A DNA stretch of 40,000 nt. Source: Bacteroides phage PhiCrAssBcn7. Of the stretch, positions 9,627-18,567 are shown one piece after another. The position numbers and the translations under genes were made by a program. Positions within the stretch are counted from its first letter, which is position 1, and every line of letters starts with the position of its first letter. The stretch lies in sequence record OQ221542.1, one strand, 5' to 3'. The notes beneath the pieces were generated by a model. It was not told the origin of the DNA and searched no databases. It worked only from the letters and a program-made list of their open reading frames with translations.

Positions 9627-10847
9627 TTAGTCTGCAAAGGTAATCAATTTAATCAACCTATGCAAATTCATCTTCCACTTTCTTACTCTGGCTTTTCTTA
9701 TAGAGACATTCATGAAAGTATAATTAGTCCTTCTTCTAACAACTGTCTCAATGTACTCAAGACATCTTTCCAGTTCAGGCTTATTATTGGGTAGTGGAAG
9801 CTCAGTAAATGTACTCACTGCTCCATCAAAGAACAATGGACATATTTGACCTCCTGCTCCATTATCTCTATCCTCAATAACTTGCATAAACCTTATATTG
9901 TTTTTAAATTTGGTAACATCATAACCTTCATATTCCCTTAGACCATACTTAAATGGACTATATAAACCAAGCACCAGATTTGCATCTCTGGTGGTAGTCT
10001 TACAATCTGCAAGACCATCTGATGAAGGCATCATCTTATTCAACTTCTGATTCTCAATTCCTTCCTGAGCCTGAGCTTGATGCTGGATTGCAGTGATATT
10101 AAAATCAAACTGGTCTCTTTGAGTGATGAAATACTTACTCATCTTCTCAATAGTCTGCATTTTATTCATACCACTTTCTGACATCAGATTTGAATAGTTA
10201 TCCAAGATTACTTCTACATATTCATCCTTATCATCTGGTTCATAATAGTCTATGACATCCCTTTCCTCCTCAAGTCCAGCTTCATTCTTCATGATAACCT
10301 TCTTGAAGTGGAACTTTCCTCTACTCAAAGCAAAATTCCTACAATACTTGTTGATTCCTGTAGGATTTCTCTCAGAGTCAATATAGATTACAGTCTCCTT
10401 GAACTTCTGAATGTACGTTACATACCTTTCAGATGCAAGTAAGTCTAATATCTCCTGAGGAACTGGTCTATCAGCAGAAGTACTCTTCAAGTCAGTTGGA
10501 CTTATTCTTATTCTATCAAGCCTAAATAACAGGTGACATAAGAACTCATAGAACTTTTCTTCCTTACCCATTTCAAGGGTAAAATAGAGTATCTTCAACC
10601 TTAGTTGGTCAGGGTGCTCAATTGCATAGAAGAAGGGTTCATAAACAAGCATATAGTCAGCAAGTTTTGATTTACCAACCTTTTGATTTGCAGTAATAAT
10701 GTTATACCTTCTTTTCTCTATTCCGGGGAGCCACACTCTTAATCTTGGGAAAGACAATGGAATACAATTTATCTTGCCATCCAATATCCTCTGCCTTCGG
10801 AGTATTAACTTCTCCAGTGCCCTATCAAATGAATCCTTCTCTTCCAT
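9627..10847 (-). CDS. DnaB-like replicative helicase
   Basis: Walker A-like ITANQKVGKSKLADY; ILYFTLEMGKEE; FDFNITAIQHQAQAQEG; ADCKTTTRDANLVLGLY. Confidence 0.78.
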   Translation of the reverse strand: MEEKDSFDRALEKLILRRQRILDGKINCIPLSFPRLRVWLPGIEKRRYNIITANQKVGKSKLADYMLVYEPFFYAIEHPDQLRLKILYFTLEMGKEEKFYEFLCHLLFRLDRIRISPTDLKSTSADRPVPQEILDLLASERYVTYIQKFKETVIYIDSERNPTGINKYCRNFALSRGKFHFKKVIMKNEAGLEEERDVIDYYEPDDKDEYVEVILDNYSNLMSESGMNKMQTIEKMSKYFITQRDQFDFNITAIQHQAQAQEGIENQKLNKMMPSSDGLADCKTTTRDANLVLGLYSPFKYGLREYEGYDVTKFKNNIRFMQVIEDRDNGAGGQICPLFFDGAVSTFTELPLPNNKPELERCLEYIETVVRRRTNYTFMNVSIRKARVRKWKMNLHRLIKLITFAD

Positions 10848-10850
10848 AGC

Positions 10851-11468
10851 TTAAACCAATGTAGTTGTCCAATTATCAGTGAGGTCACTTTCCTGACCAG
10901 CATTTTCAATGTAGTTAGCCAGTTCTGAGATAGGTACTTTAGTACCATCCTTTACCTCTTCTTTCCAAATGAAATATTGAAGCAATCTCATGAACTTATA
11001 CTCCCCATTGAAGCCAGAAACATAGGCTTGAGTTGCATTGATGATTTGCTCATCAGTGTAATCATTCCCATACTTCTTAAAGAAAGTCTGTAACTTCCTT
11101 TTAATGTCAGTTTTATTTCCTCTCCAATACTGATTGTTAAAGTTCTTTCCTTCTGGATAAATGGATTGAAGTTGAGGTACTAATGCTTCAATTCTTTGAT
11201 TGAAGTCATCAGTCCCCACAGACTTATCAGAGTCAAGAATGATATTATTGACCACATTATTTCCCATAGAAGTTACAAATAACCCTACAGGAAGATGTGT
11301 TTCCCTATCATAACTTGTACTAATAAGTCCTTTTTTCTTCAACTCACTTTCAGCAGCATTGAAATCTACATTGTTTTGAATAGCTATCATAAGTAAGACC
11401 TCTCCAAGAGAAACCCCACTCTTCTTAATAACCTTGTCATTCAATGAGATTGTCATACTACTATCCAA
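10851..11468 (-). CDS. Hypothetical protein
   Basis: ORF in the replication block. Confidence 0.65.
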   Translation of the reverse strand: MDSSMTISLNDKVIKKSGVSLGEVLLMIAIQNNVDFNAAESELKKKGLISTSYDRETHLPVGLFVTSMGNNVVNNIILDSDKSVGTDDFNQRIEALVPQLQSIYPEGKNFNNQYWRGNKTDIKRKLQTFFKKYGNDYTDEQIINATQAYVSGFNGEYKFMRLLQYFIWKEEVKDGTKVPISELANYIENAGQESDLTDNWTTTLV

Positions 11469-11862
11469 TCAGCAATTCAACATGAGCTTCTTCAACTTTC
11501 ACAGTCTGTTCACAAGCCTCCACAGATTCATTCACAAGTGCAGCACAGTTCAAGAAATATTTCTCAATTTCTTTGTAAACTTTTGCAGCAGTAGCAAATG
11601 CTTTACCTTTTGCTCTGGATTCTGCAATCCTCTTACCTGCTTCTTCATTGAAGGCATCTTCTTCATTGCATCTTGCAATAGCCCTTACTTTGAATGTACC
11701 ATTCATTCCTACAAGTGGAAGATTAGCCCACATATTAGGATAAATATCATTCCATGCAGGGTGCTTAGACAACTGCATATCACACTCCAGAACACAAACT
11801 ACCACCTTCTTCTCAGGATTTACAATGTAGTTTGCTTTAGTAATTTTAACTCTGTTTCTCAT
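11461..11862 (-). CDS. Hypothetical protein
   Basis: ORF in the replication block; overlaps both neighbours. Confidence 0.6.
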   Translation of the reverse strand: MRNRVKITKANYIVNPEKKVVVCVLECDMQLSKHPAWNDIYPNMWANLPLVGMNGTFKVRAIARCNEEDAFNEEAGKRIAESRAKGKAFATAAKVYKEIEKYFLNCAALVNESVEACEQTVKVEEAHVELLIG

Positions 11863-13034
11863 ACTTTTATTTCACTTAAATTTGTTTTTTCAACCAACTC
11901 TGGATTATAGTCCTCAAGCATCTTCTCAACCAACTCCTCTTCCCTTGTACCACTAAAGTAAGGGATGATAATAATAGGGTCTTTGTGCCTGAGTATTCTA
12001 CCCAATCTTTGCTTGATGATAATATCACTGCTGTTCAGATTAGCATATAAACCAACTCTGCAATCTACAAGGTTCATACCTTCATTCAACATATTACATG
12101 CTGTAATGTGGTCCAACTCCTTATGATTGAACATATCAAGTACTATAGAGGATTCCTTGTTCTTACTGTTAATACAGTTTTCCCCTAATATTTCTGTTTG
12201 CTCAATAGAGCTACAGAATGTAAGTACCCTCTCTAATTTCAGCTTCTCCAGAAGAGATAAGATAATAGGGTTCTTTAATTGTGAAAGGAATTTGAGCCTT
12301 TGACCTGCAAGGAATAACCATTTTGTCTTTACTCCTTCATTTCTTGTTCTCATGTATTGCCTCTTCCAGAACTCTATCTTGCTTCCCATCTCCATCACAT
12401 ACTGATATTCAGTACACTTAATATGCACCTGAATAGATTTATCCCTTAAGTAAGACCATCTATCTTTATATAGACACTCTTTGATAATCTTAGCTTTAGG
12501 ATGTTCAATTATAGTATGTACAGCATGTGTATTATCAAGTTCAAGAGGAATAAGGAACACTCTTGGGTCAGGAAGGATTTCATTGTCTATAGCCTCCTTC
12601 ATCTTCACTGTATAACATTGAAAATCAGGAAACAACTGACTTAGTTCCCACTTCATATCTCTGGTTACTGTAGCTGAAAGCATGATAGAATGATGTATTT
12701 TCATTGTAAATACAAATTCTCTACATCTTTCTGACATGTGTTGCACTTCATCAAAGATTACACAATCCCATTCTTCCTCTACATGTTTATTCAATCCCAC
12801 ATAAGTACTGAATTGTACTCTTTCAAGCCAAGGTTCAAGTCCCCATTTGATAAACTCCTCTTTCCAGTTGTTTATCAAGACTAATCTTGGTATTACTATA
12901 AGTATGCTACTGGGATTATCCCTTAAAGCCAAATCAATACCTATCTTAGATTTACCAAAGGAAGTAGGTAACTCACAGAGTATAGAATTACTCTTTATAT
13001 TCATTATCTCTTCCTGAGCCTGTTCTCTATTCAT
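11859..13034 (-). CDS. SF2 helicase (DEAD-box/SNF2-like)
   Basis: Motif I LPTSFGKSKIGID, motif II DEVQH, motif III LSAT, motif VI QRLGRILRH. Confidence 0.85.
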   Translation of the reverse strand: MNREQAQEEIMNIKSNSILCELPTSFGKSKIGIDLALRDNPSSILIVIPRLVLINNWKEEFIKWGLEPWLERVQFSTYVGLNKHVEEEWDCVIFDEVQHMSERCREFVFTMKIHHSIMLSATVTRDMKWELSQLFPDFQCYTVKMKEAIDNEILPDPRVFLIPLELDNTHAVHTIIEHPKAKIIKECLYKDRWSYLRDKSIQVHIKCTEYQYVMEMGSKIEFWKRQYMRTRNEGVKTKWLFLAGQRLKFLSQLKNPIILSLLEKLKLERVLTFCSSIEQTEILGENCINSKNKESSIVLDMFNHKELDHITACNMLNEGMNLVDCRVGLYANLNSSDIIIKQRLGRILRHKDPIIIIPYFSGTREEELVEKMLEDYNPELVEKTNLSEIKV

Positions 13035-13500
13035 ATCTCTTTACTATATTCTTTAGTTTTTCTACATATTGCGGGTCTTCCGCATAACCTATTTTAATTA
13101 AAAATTGATAGTAATCATCCGGGGGTTTGTATCTATATTGTATGTAATTGAGATAGGCAACCACACTCTCACTCCAATGGTCAAACTTATAATAGTCTTT
13201 CTTATAACTATTATAGAGTCCAAACAAATTATTGTACTCTTTGCAGACCTTAGACCTGAAATGACCTGTCTCAAGGATAGCCTGAGCATATACAATGTTC
13301 TTATGTTTAACATTATAATACTCTAAAGCCTCCATAAGATAATCATCAGGAGCTTCTGATAGTAAGAACTCTGGTTGTTCCAATCTCAACACATCCACCT
13401 TTACAGGTTCCTTGTGCTCCTCTTGATAGTCTATATAGTATAAACCATACAGACCACCAATTAGTAAGAGCATAAGGATATTATATACCCTTTGTTTCAT
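13027..13500 (-). CDS. Glucosaminidase/lysozyme-family protein with N-terminal TM segment
   Basis: YAQAILETGHFRSKVCKEYNNLFGLYNSYKKDYYKFDHWSESVVAYLNYI resembles mannosyl-glycoprotein endo-beta-N-acetylglucosaminidase-like domains. Confidence 0.75.
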   Translation of the reverse strand: MKQRVYNILMLLLIGGLYGLYYIDYQEEHKEPVKVDVLRLEQPEFLLSEAPDDYLMEALEYYNVKHKNIVYAQAILETGHFRSKVCKEYNNLFGLYNSYKKDYYKFDHWSESVVAYLNYIQYRYKPPDDYYQFLIKIGYAEDPQYVEKLKNIVKRYE

Positions 13501-13509
13501 AAATATTTG

Positions 13510-13851
13510 TTATACTTTAATATTCAAGAAGTTTATAATTGCTAAAACAGCCCTACCTACATAGGTCTTCCCTTGAAGTCTAAAGGTATATTTAACAAGC
13601 CATTGTTCAGGAGTAGTATTATATAGTATAACATACCATACAACAAAGCCTATAAATGCCATAATGTTGATAAGGGGAATTAGCTCAACAAGCAAAAGAA
13701 CACAAAGCATCCACAGAGGGATTTCTATATCATGTTCTTCTGAACCCTTCATGCCATTATACATTATGACATGAGTATCTTTCATAATCCCCACTAAATA
13801 ATAGTGAGGATTATCCCAATTAAAGACCAAATCATAATTACTTCTTATCAA
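13510..13851 (-). CDS. Small membrane protein
   Basis: Hydrophobic stretches MLCVLLLVELIPLINIMAFIGFVVWYVI and VGRAVLAIINFL. Confidence 0.6.
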   Translation of the reverse strand: MIRSNYDLVFNWDNPHYYLVGIMKDTHVIMYNGMKGSEEHDIEIPLWMLCVLLLVELIPLINIMAFIGFVVWYVILYNTTPEQWLVKYTFRLQGKTYVGRAVLAIINFLNIKV

Positions 13852-14986
13852 AAGACTTAGTTATGTCCATGAGCATCTTAAGACCTACAGCATCCATAGC
13901 ATTATTTCCAGAACCATTTCCTCCAAACATTACAGATGGAACCCATTGTACCTTAGAATTAGCAAGTGCTTCTGCAACACCTACAGCAGTCTTATAGTCC
14001 CATTCAGCCTTTTCTGCGGGAGTTAAACCTGCTGCAACCAATGCTCTATTGGCTGCTGCCTTAGCTTCACCTTCTGCCTGAACTTTAAGAGCAACTTGTT
14101 TAGCTTTCTTAGCTTCAAGTTCTGCTACTTCAAACTCCTGTTGTGCTTTGGTTACAGCTACAGCTTTCTCTTTCTCCTGTTCCCACTTAGCTTTCTCAGC
14201 AGTTGCCTTACCATCTTCTGTAATCTGAATAGTTCTTTGAACTGCTTCAAGTGATTTAGTCTTAGAAGTGATAATTGCTAAGTTAGCTTGCTTCTGTGCA
14301 TCAATTTGTGACTGAGTTGCAGCATCATATTTAATATCTACAATACTAACCAGACCACAAGTTACACCATATTGTGAGAAAGGTGAGTTCTCCTGTCTTT
14401 TATAACCACCCGGAGAATTACCATCAGCTATAATCTCAGACTGTGCTCTTACTTCCTCTTCACCAGTGATGTCATTAATAACCTTAGTCTTCAATACTCT
14501 GGTCTTATATACACCATTATTCAATTGGTCTGTAATACAGGCAATAAGGTCAGTCCTTGTTTCTGATACTGATTCCAATGAGGACATAAGAGGACCACAA
14601 GAAGTTACAACTTTATACAATGTAGGTTTAACCAAGTTAGCTATCAATGCTTCCTCAGAACCAAAGTCTGTTTGTATCTTCTCCATATTCTTGGCATCAT
14701 TAGGCATTACTACCCTGAATGAACCAACAATAAAACCTCTACCCTTGTCATTGAATGTAAGTGCTGCTGCTGGATTATTTCCTGCTGCCACATAACCATC
14801 TTCATTCTTCTCAAGACCTGTAAATTCTATCTGTGAAGTCTTTGAATAACTTCTTACAGTACCAAGCCCCTGCCATTGCAATCCACCATCAGTCCAGACT
14901 ACATAATTACCTGTTACAGGCATCTGACATACATAGTTCTTTGACTTGTCTGCATCTTCCCATAAAGCCCCTGCCATTGCAATCAT
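13838..14986 (-). CDS. SPFH/Band 7/prohibitin-like protein
   Basis: Long helical region rich in A/K/E (AKWEQEKEKAVAVTKAQQEFEVAELEAKKAKQVALKVQAEGEAKAAANRAL) after a beta-rich SPFH-like domain. Confidence 0.7.
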   Translation of the reverse strand: MIAMAGALWEDADKSKNYVCQMPVTGNYVVWTDGGLQWQGLGTVRSYSKTSQIEFTGLEKNEDGYVAAGNNPAAALTFNDKGRGFIVGSFRVVMPNDAKNMEKIQTDFGSEEALIANLVKPTLYKVVTSCGPLMSSLESVSETRTDLIACITDQLNNGVYKTRVLKTKVINDITGEEEVRAQSEIIADGNSPGGYKRQENSPFSQYGVTCGLVSIVDIKYDAATQSQIDAQKQANLAIITSKTKSLEAVQRTIQITEDGKATAEKAKWEQEKEKAVAVTKAQQEFEVAELEAKKAKQVALKVQAEGEAKAAANRALVAAGLTPAEKAEWDYKTAVGVAEALANSKVQWVPSVMFGGNGSGNNAMDAVGLKMLMDITKSFDKK

Positions 14987-15073
14987 AAGAACTGCAACAA
15001 CAGCAATAATAATACCAAGGATTTTCCCTTTGTTAATTGGTTTTTTGATTTCCCATCTCTTTTCTTTTTAATG

Positions 15074-15265
15074 TTAGTTTTTTCTTTTTACTTGTTTCTT
15101 CTCTTCCTGAGACACCATCCAGTAGTAGAATGGAATACACAGAAGTGAGAATTTGATTTCTCTGTTTGTTATTTTCCACTTGCCAAACAATTGTCCTATC
15201 ACCATTACATAGTATATAACAGCAAGAACAACAAATGCAGCAAGTAATACTCTTGCATAAATCAT
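15074..15265 (-). CDS. Small membrane protein
   Basis: 63 aa with TM segment LLAAFVVLAVIYYVMVIGQLF. Confidence 0.5.
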   Translation of the reverse strand: MIYARVLLAAFVVLAVIYYVMVIGQLFGKWKITNREIKFSLLCIPFYYWMVSQEEKKQVKRKN

Positions 15266-16089
15266 GATTCTTTGAATTTTTGTTTTGTATATTCTTCTAT
15301 ATCTGTTATCTTGACTATATAGTCATAGTAATTAACCCTATCATAGTATCTTCCCCAAGAACTTGGTTCACTTACTCTATAAGAATCCCCTTCTCCAATC
15401 ACAATAACTCTTGTGAAGAGTTTCATGTGTTCAACAGAAGATTTATTCCATAGAGCCATAATATGAGGGTCATTACTTAGCTTAGCTTCATACTTCCCCC
15501 TATACACACTCCATACAGGCAATAACATATAATTACCTTTCACTGATACCCATAGTTTACCAATGAAAAGTGGACCTGTAGTTTTGTGTCTCTGGAAGAG
15601 ATATGAATCATAAGGTTGGAATCTCTCTAACATTTCTCTGTCAATATGAGTTTTGTTCCACCTAATGTGCTTAGGACTAAAGGCTTGTTTCTTTCTGGAG
15701 TACTTCTTGTAGTTCAAGATGCCATTAGTAACATAAAAGCCCGATGCCCATTGGTATCCCTTCATCCTCTCTTCTTCATAGTCAAAGAAGTAATCAAAGG
15801 TTTCCTTAATGGATTCATTCTGTTCATGTTTCTTCATCTCTACTACAAACTCTGAGAAGACATCATTCACTGGTCTACCAACTCTTGCCATTAGGAAGTT
15901 TTCTACTTCCTTATAAGAGAACTGTCCCCTTCCTCTGCTGGTTTGACCCCAATGACCATCTATGTCAGACTTCATTCTCATAGGTAAATGACTTACATCC
16001 ATTCTATTCATAGAAGCTCTCTTAGTCTTCTTATATAGTCTGGACTTCCTGCCATTACCATGACCTTTCATCTTAAATTCATAGCTCAT
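15262..16089 (-). CDS. Hypothetical protein
   Basis: Long ORF overlapping its neighbour. Confidence 0.65.
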   Translation of the reverse strand: MSYEFKMKGHGNGRKSRLYKKTKRASMNRMDVSHLPMRMKSDIDGHWGQTSRGRGQFSYKEVENFLMARVGRPVNDVFSEFVVEMKKHEQNESIKETFDYFFDYEEERMKGYQWASGFYVTNGILNYKKYSRKKQAFSPKHIRWNKTHIDREMLERFQPYDSYLFQRHKTTGPLFIGKLWVSVKGNYMLLPVWSVYRGKYEAKLSNDPHIMALWNKSSVEHMKLFTRVIVIGEGDSYRVSEPSSWGRYYDRVNYYDYIVKITDIEEYTKQKFKES

Positions 16090-16277
16090 ATTTCCAATAG
16101 TTTTATGTAAGTTCTTCCACCATCCTTATCATACCATAGCAATAGTGTATACTTGTTATAGCTTGTGACTAAATCAAAATAAGGGTGATACCTAACAAAA
16201 GTTCTTATTAGTAAGATAATACCCAATAATCCTACTATAATTGATACAAATAACATACTACCTACACTATAAATGAT

Positions 16278-16655
16278 TTAATTATCCAATACAGCATAGG
16301 TGAAACTCACTCCACCAAGCCCTTCCACAATCCTTTTAAGATGTGCTTCAAGCCTCTGTTTCTTAGTAAGTCTCTCCCAAACTCTTGCTTTCACAAAGTG
16401 AGGAGCTTCTTTTCCTATCATGTACTCATAAGCATCCATACTAAGATTGAGTGATTGACCAGCAGGTTTACACTTTCTGGTCTTTACAGTAATGGTTTCA
16501 GTATTCTTCTTACCATCCTTAAGACCTTCTACTCTCATAGAGAAAGTATCATAACCTGTGCCTACTTTTTCTTCCTCAAGAGCTTTAGCCTGCTCTTGGC
16601 TATACATAGTGCTGCCCTGCAACACTATGGATAGGCTTACTTTAATCTCATTCAT
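16278..16655 (-). CDS. Hypothetical protein
   Basis: Long ORF. Confidence 0.65.
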   Translation of the reverse strand: MNEIKVSLSIVLQGSTMYSQEQAKALEEEKVGTGYDTFSMRVEGLKDGKKNTETITVKTRKCKPAGQSLNLSMDAYEYMIGKEAPHFVKARVWERLTKKQRLEAHLKRIVEGLGGVSFTYAVLDN

Positions 16656-17299
16656 TCTTTATACTCAAATTTGAAACCTTTACAGGTAGTAATAGGATAG
16701 AATTTATTGTCTCTCTTATCAAAATAACCTCCATCACAAGCTATCTTAATCCCCATCAAGCTAAATCCTGTAACTCTATGAGCTTCACTTAAAGATTTGT
16801 ACTCAGAAATAATATTCCCAGCCAAATCCTTTTGTAAAACTGGCTTAGATTTATCTTTTCTGTTAGCCAATTTTGAGCCAATTCTCTCATTTCTCGTACC
16901 ATAATTCATATTATACTCAAATGTACACCACTCAAGATTTGAATAAACATTATTTCTCTTATTCTCGTCTTTATGATTAACATAAGTGTAATTATTAGGA
17001 TTAGGTACAAATAACTGAGCCACACATTTGTGTATATACAAATGATAACTTACTCTGTTTTTCCATAAACTAACATGAAGATACTCTTCTGATTTACCCT
17101 CAGCTTTCAAAATAGTTTCTTTTGGAGACCATTTTCTTGGGAGAGATTTAACTCTACCTAAATTACTAATCTGATACAATCCCTCATAATCAGGAATATC
17201 TTTCCATACTTCTTCTATTTGCATACTATTTTGTTTTAAATTTCTACAAAGGTAAGAATAATATTTTAAACTTCCAAACTTACAAGGGACTGATTTCAT
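16652..17299 (-). CDS. HNH endonuclease with NUMOD4/NUMOD1 modules (homing-endonuclease-like)
   Basis: EEVWKDIPDYEGLYQISNLGRVKSL (NUMOD4), YVNHKDENKRNNVYSNLEWCTFEYNMNYG (HNH), C-terminal NUMOD1-like repeat. Confidence 0.88.
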   Translation of the reverse strand: MKSVPCKFGSLKYYSYLCRNLKQNSMQIEEVWKDIPDYEGLYQISNLGRVKSLPRKWSPKETILKAEGKSEEYLHVSLWKNRVSYHLYIHKCVAQLFVPNPNNYTYVNHKDENKRNNVYSNLEWCTFEYNMNYGTRNERIGSKLANRKDKSKPVLQKDLAGNIISEYKSLSEAHRVTGFSLMGIKIACDGGYFDKRDNKFYPITTCKGFKFEYKE

Positions 17300-17688
17300 T
17301 ATTCATCTGAATCTTCATCCCTAAGCATAGCTCCCATAAGAAGCATACCCAACATGGCTTCTGGACCTTCACCTGCTAAATTCTTGGCTGTAAGACCAAC
17401 AACAATCTTTTTCTGTTGGTCTGCAATGAATTTCTGCAAGTCCATAGGCAGAGTACCAAGTAGGTAAGTAATTACAATAGCCTTACTTTGGTTATCTTTT
17501 AATCTGTTCAACTCAATCAGGCAGTTATCCAACACATCTTCTGCATTGATATCACCTGTCTTTTTACCAAGGTCAATTACACCTTCCCTCAAATCATCCA
17601 TTACTTCTTTAGGAAGTGGTTTGTTAAGACCTAATTTTTCTCTCATGTTTTCTGCGAAGCTCTCAGCTCCACTCTTTTCATTTTTCAT
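17299..17688 (-). CDS. Hypothetical protein
   Basis: ORF preceded by an A-rich leader. Confidence 0.65.
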   Translation of the reverse strand: MKNEKSGAESFAENMREKLGLNKPLPKEVMDDLREGVIDLGKKTGDINAEDVLDNCLIELNRLKDNQSKAIVITYLLGTLPMDLQKFIADQQKKIVVGLTAKNLAGEGPEAMLGMLLMGAMLRDEDSDE

Positions 17689-17731
17689 TGTTTTTTTTTA
17701 GTAAAACATATCTTAATTATCACAAGAATGT

Positions 17732-17774
17732 GCATAAAAAGAAAAGGCTACCAGTACTTAAACTGATAGCCTTT
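17732..17774 (-). terminator. Intrinsic terminator
   Basis: Minus-strand AAAGGCTATCAGT-TTAAGT-ACTGGTAGCCTTT (13 bp including one G.U) followed by TCTTTTTAT; the G.U exists only in minus-strand RNA (C.A on plus), supporting orientation. Confidence 0.75.
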
Positions 17775-17919
17775 AAAAGATAGAATATTCTACAACACCC
17801 TTGAAATTGTTGCCCCTAAGGACATAAGTTGATATAAAAATCTACTCCTTTCTTACTTTAATTTACTTTTCTTTTATATATAATATTGAAGTAAGTGTTG
17901 TATATCACTAATCTTTGTG

Positions 17920-18058
17920 TGGGGATGAAAGGACTCGAACCTTTATTTGATAGTACCCAAAACTATTGTGTAAACCTTGAAGTAACTCTTATAATACACT
18001 ACCCCTTCGGGAGAACACTCATAAGAGGATAAAACTTGCTTTATTTCACCACATCCCC
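17920..18058 (-). ncRNA. tRNA-Pro(TGG)-like RNA with ~66 nt D-loop insertion; candidate Y-RNA/tRNA hybrid (RNA1)
   Basis: Acceptor GGGGATG/CATCCCC, anticodon arm ATAGT-TTTGGGT-ACTAT, T arm AAAGG-TTCGAGT-CCTTT; insertion contains CCCGAAGGGGTAGTG...GAGTTACTTCAAGG. Confidence 0.7.
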
Positions 18059-18171
18059 ATTTTAAATGGTAGCTTGCCTACCAGCAAATGAACAAAACCT
18101 TTATTGCATCTCCAGAATGAGCTTACTCAAACCTTACATGGGCATCTTGTATCATTATAATTTCCATCGTG

Positions 18172-18315
18172 GAGGGAATTGGACTTGAACCAATGACCCG
18201 TAGCTTTCAACATGCTTTTGAAGTAACTCTATTCTACACCAACACATTACTGTGGAACATTGAACAAAGTGTAATTTTCATTTATACTGCTCTACCAACT
18301 GAGCTATCCCTCCGA
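18172..18315 (-). ncRNA. tRNA-like RNA with ~70 nt insertion after the D arm (RNA2)
   Basis: Acceptor GGAGGGA/TCCCTCC, D arm GCTC-AGTTGGTA-GAGC, T arm ATTGG-TTCAAGT-CCAAT; interior contains GAGTTACTTCAA. Confidence 0.65.
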
Positions 18316-18567
18316 AATATGCTATAGAACATTTAACAGATTATCGTAGATAATTTAAAAGATTATTGATGTAAATCTGTAATACACTAATGGCATTATA
18401 TTTTAAAACTAAGGCACAGCCACTTTAAGCTGATTTAATATGCGCAACTGTAACATAACCTTAGTTTTATGAGTTAATGTTGTAAGAACAACTAACAGAC
18501 TATTGTTTGGTAAACTATATCCATATTAGCTTGAAGTAAGTCTATTATACACTATACAACATTATAT

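Noticed and set aside
11434-11910. Antisense ORF 158 aa
   Set aside because: Opposite the 11461..11862 gene; hydrophobic/Cys-rich antisense pattern.
17920-18058. Group I intron in tRNA-Pro
   Set aside because: The 66-nt insertion is far too short for a group I catalytic core and lacks P/Q/R/S elements.
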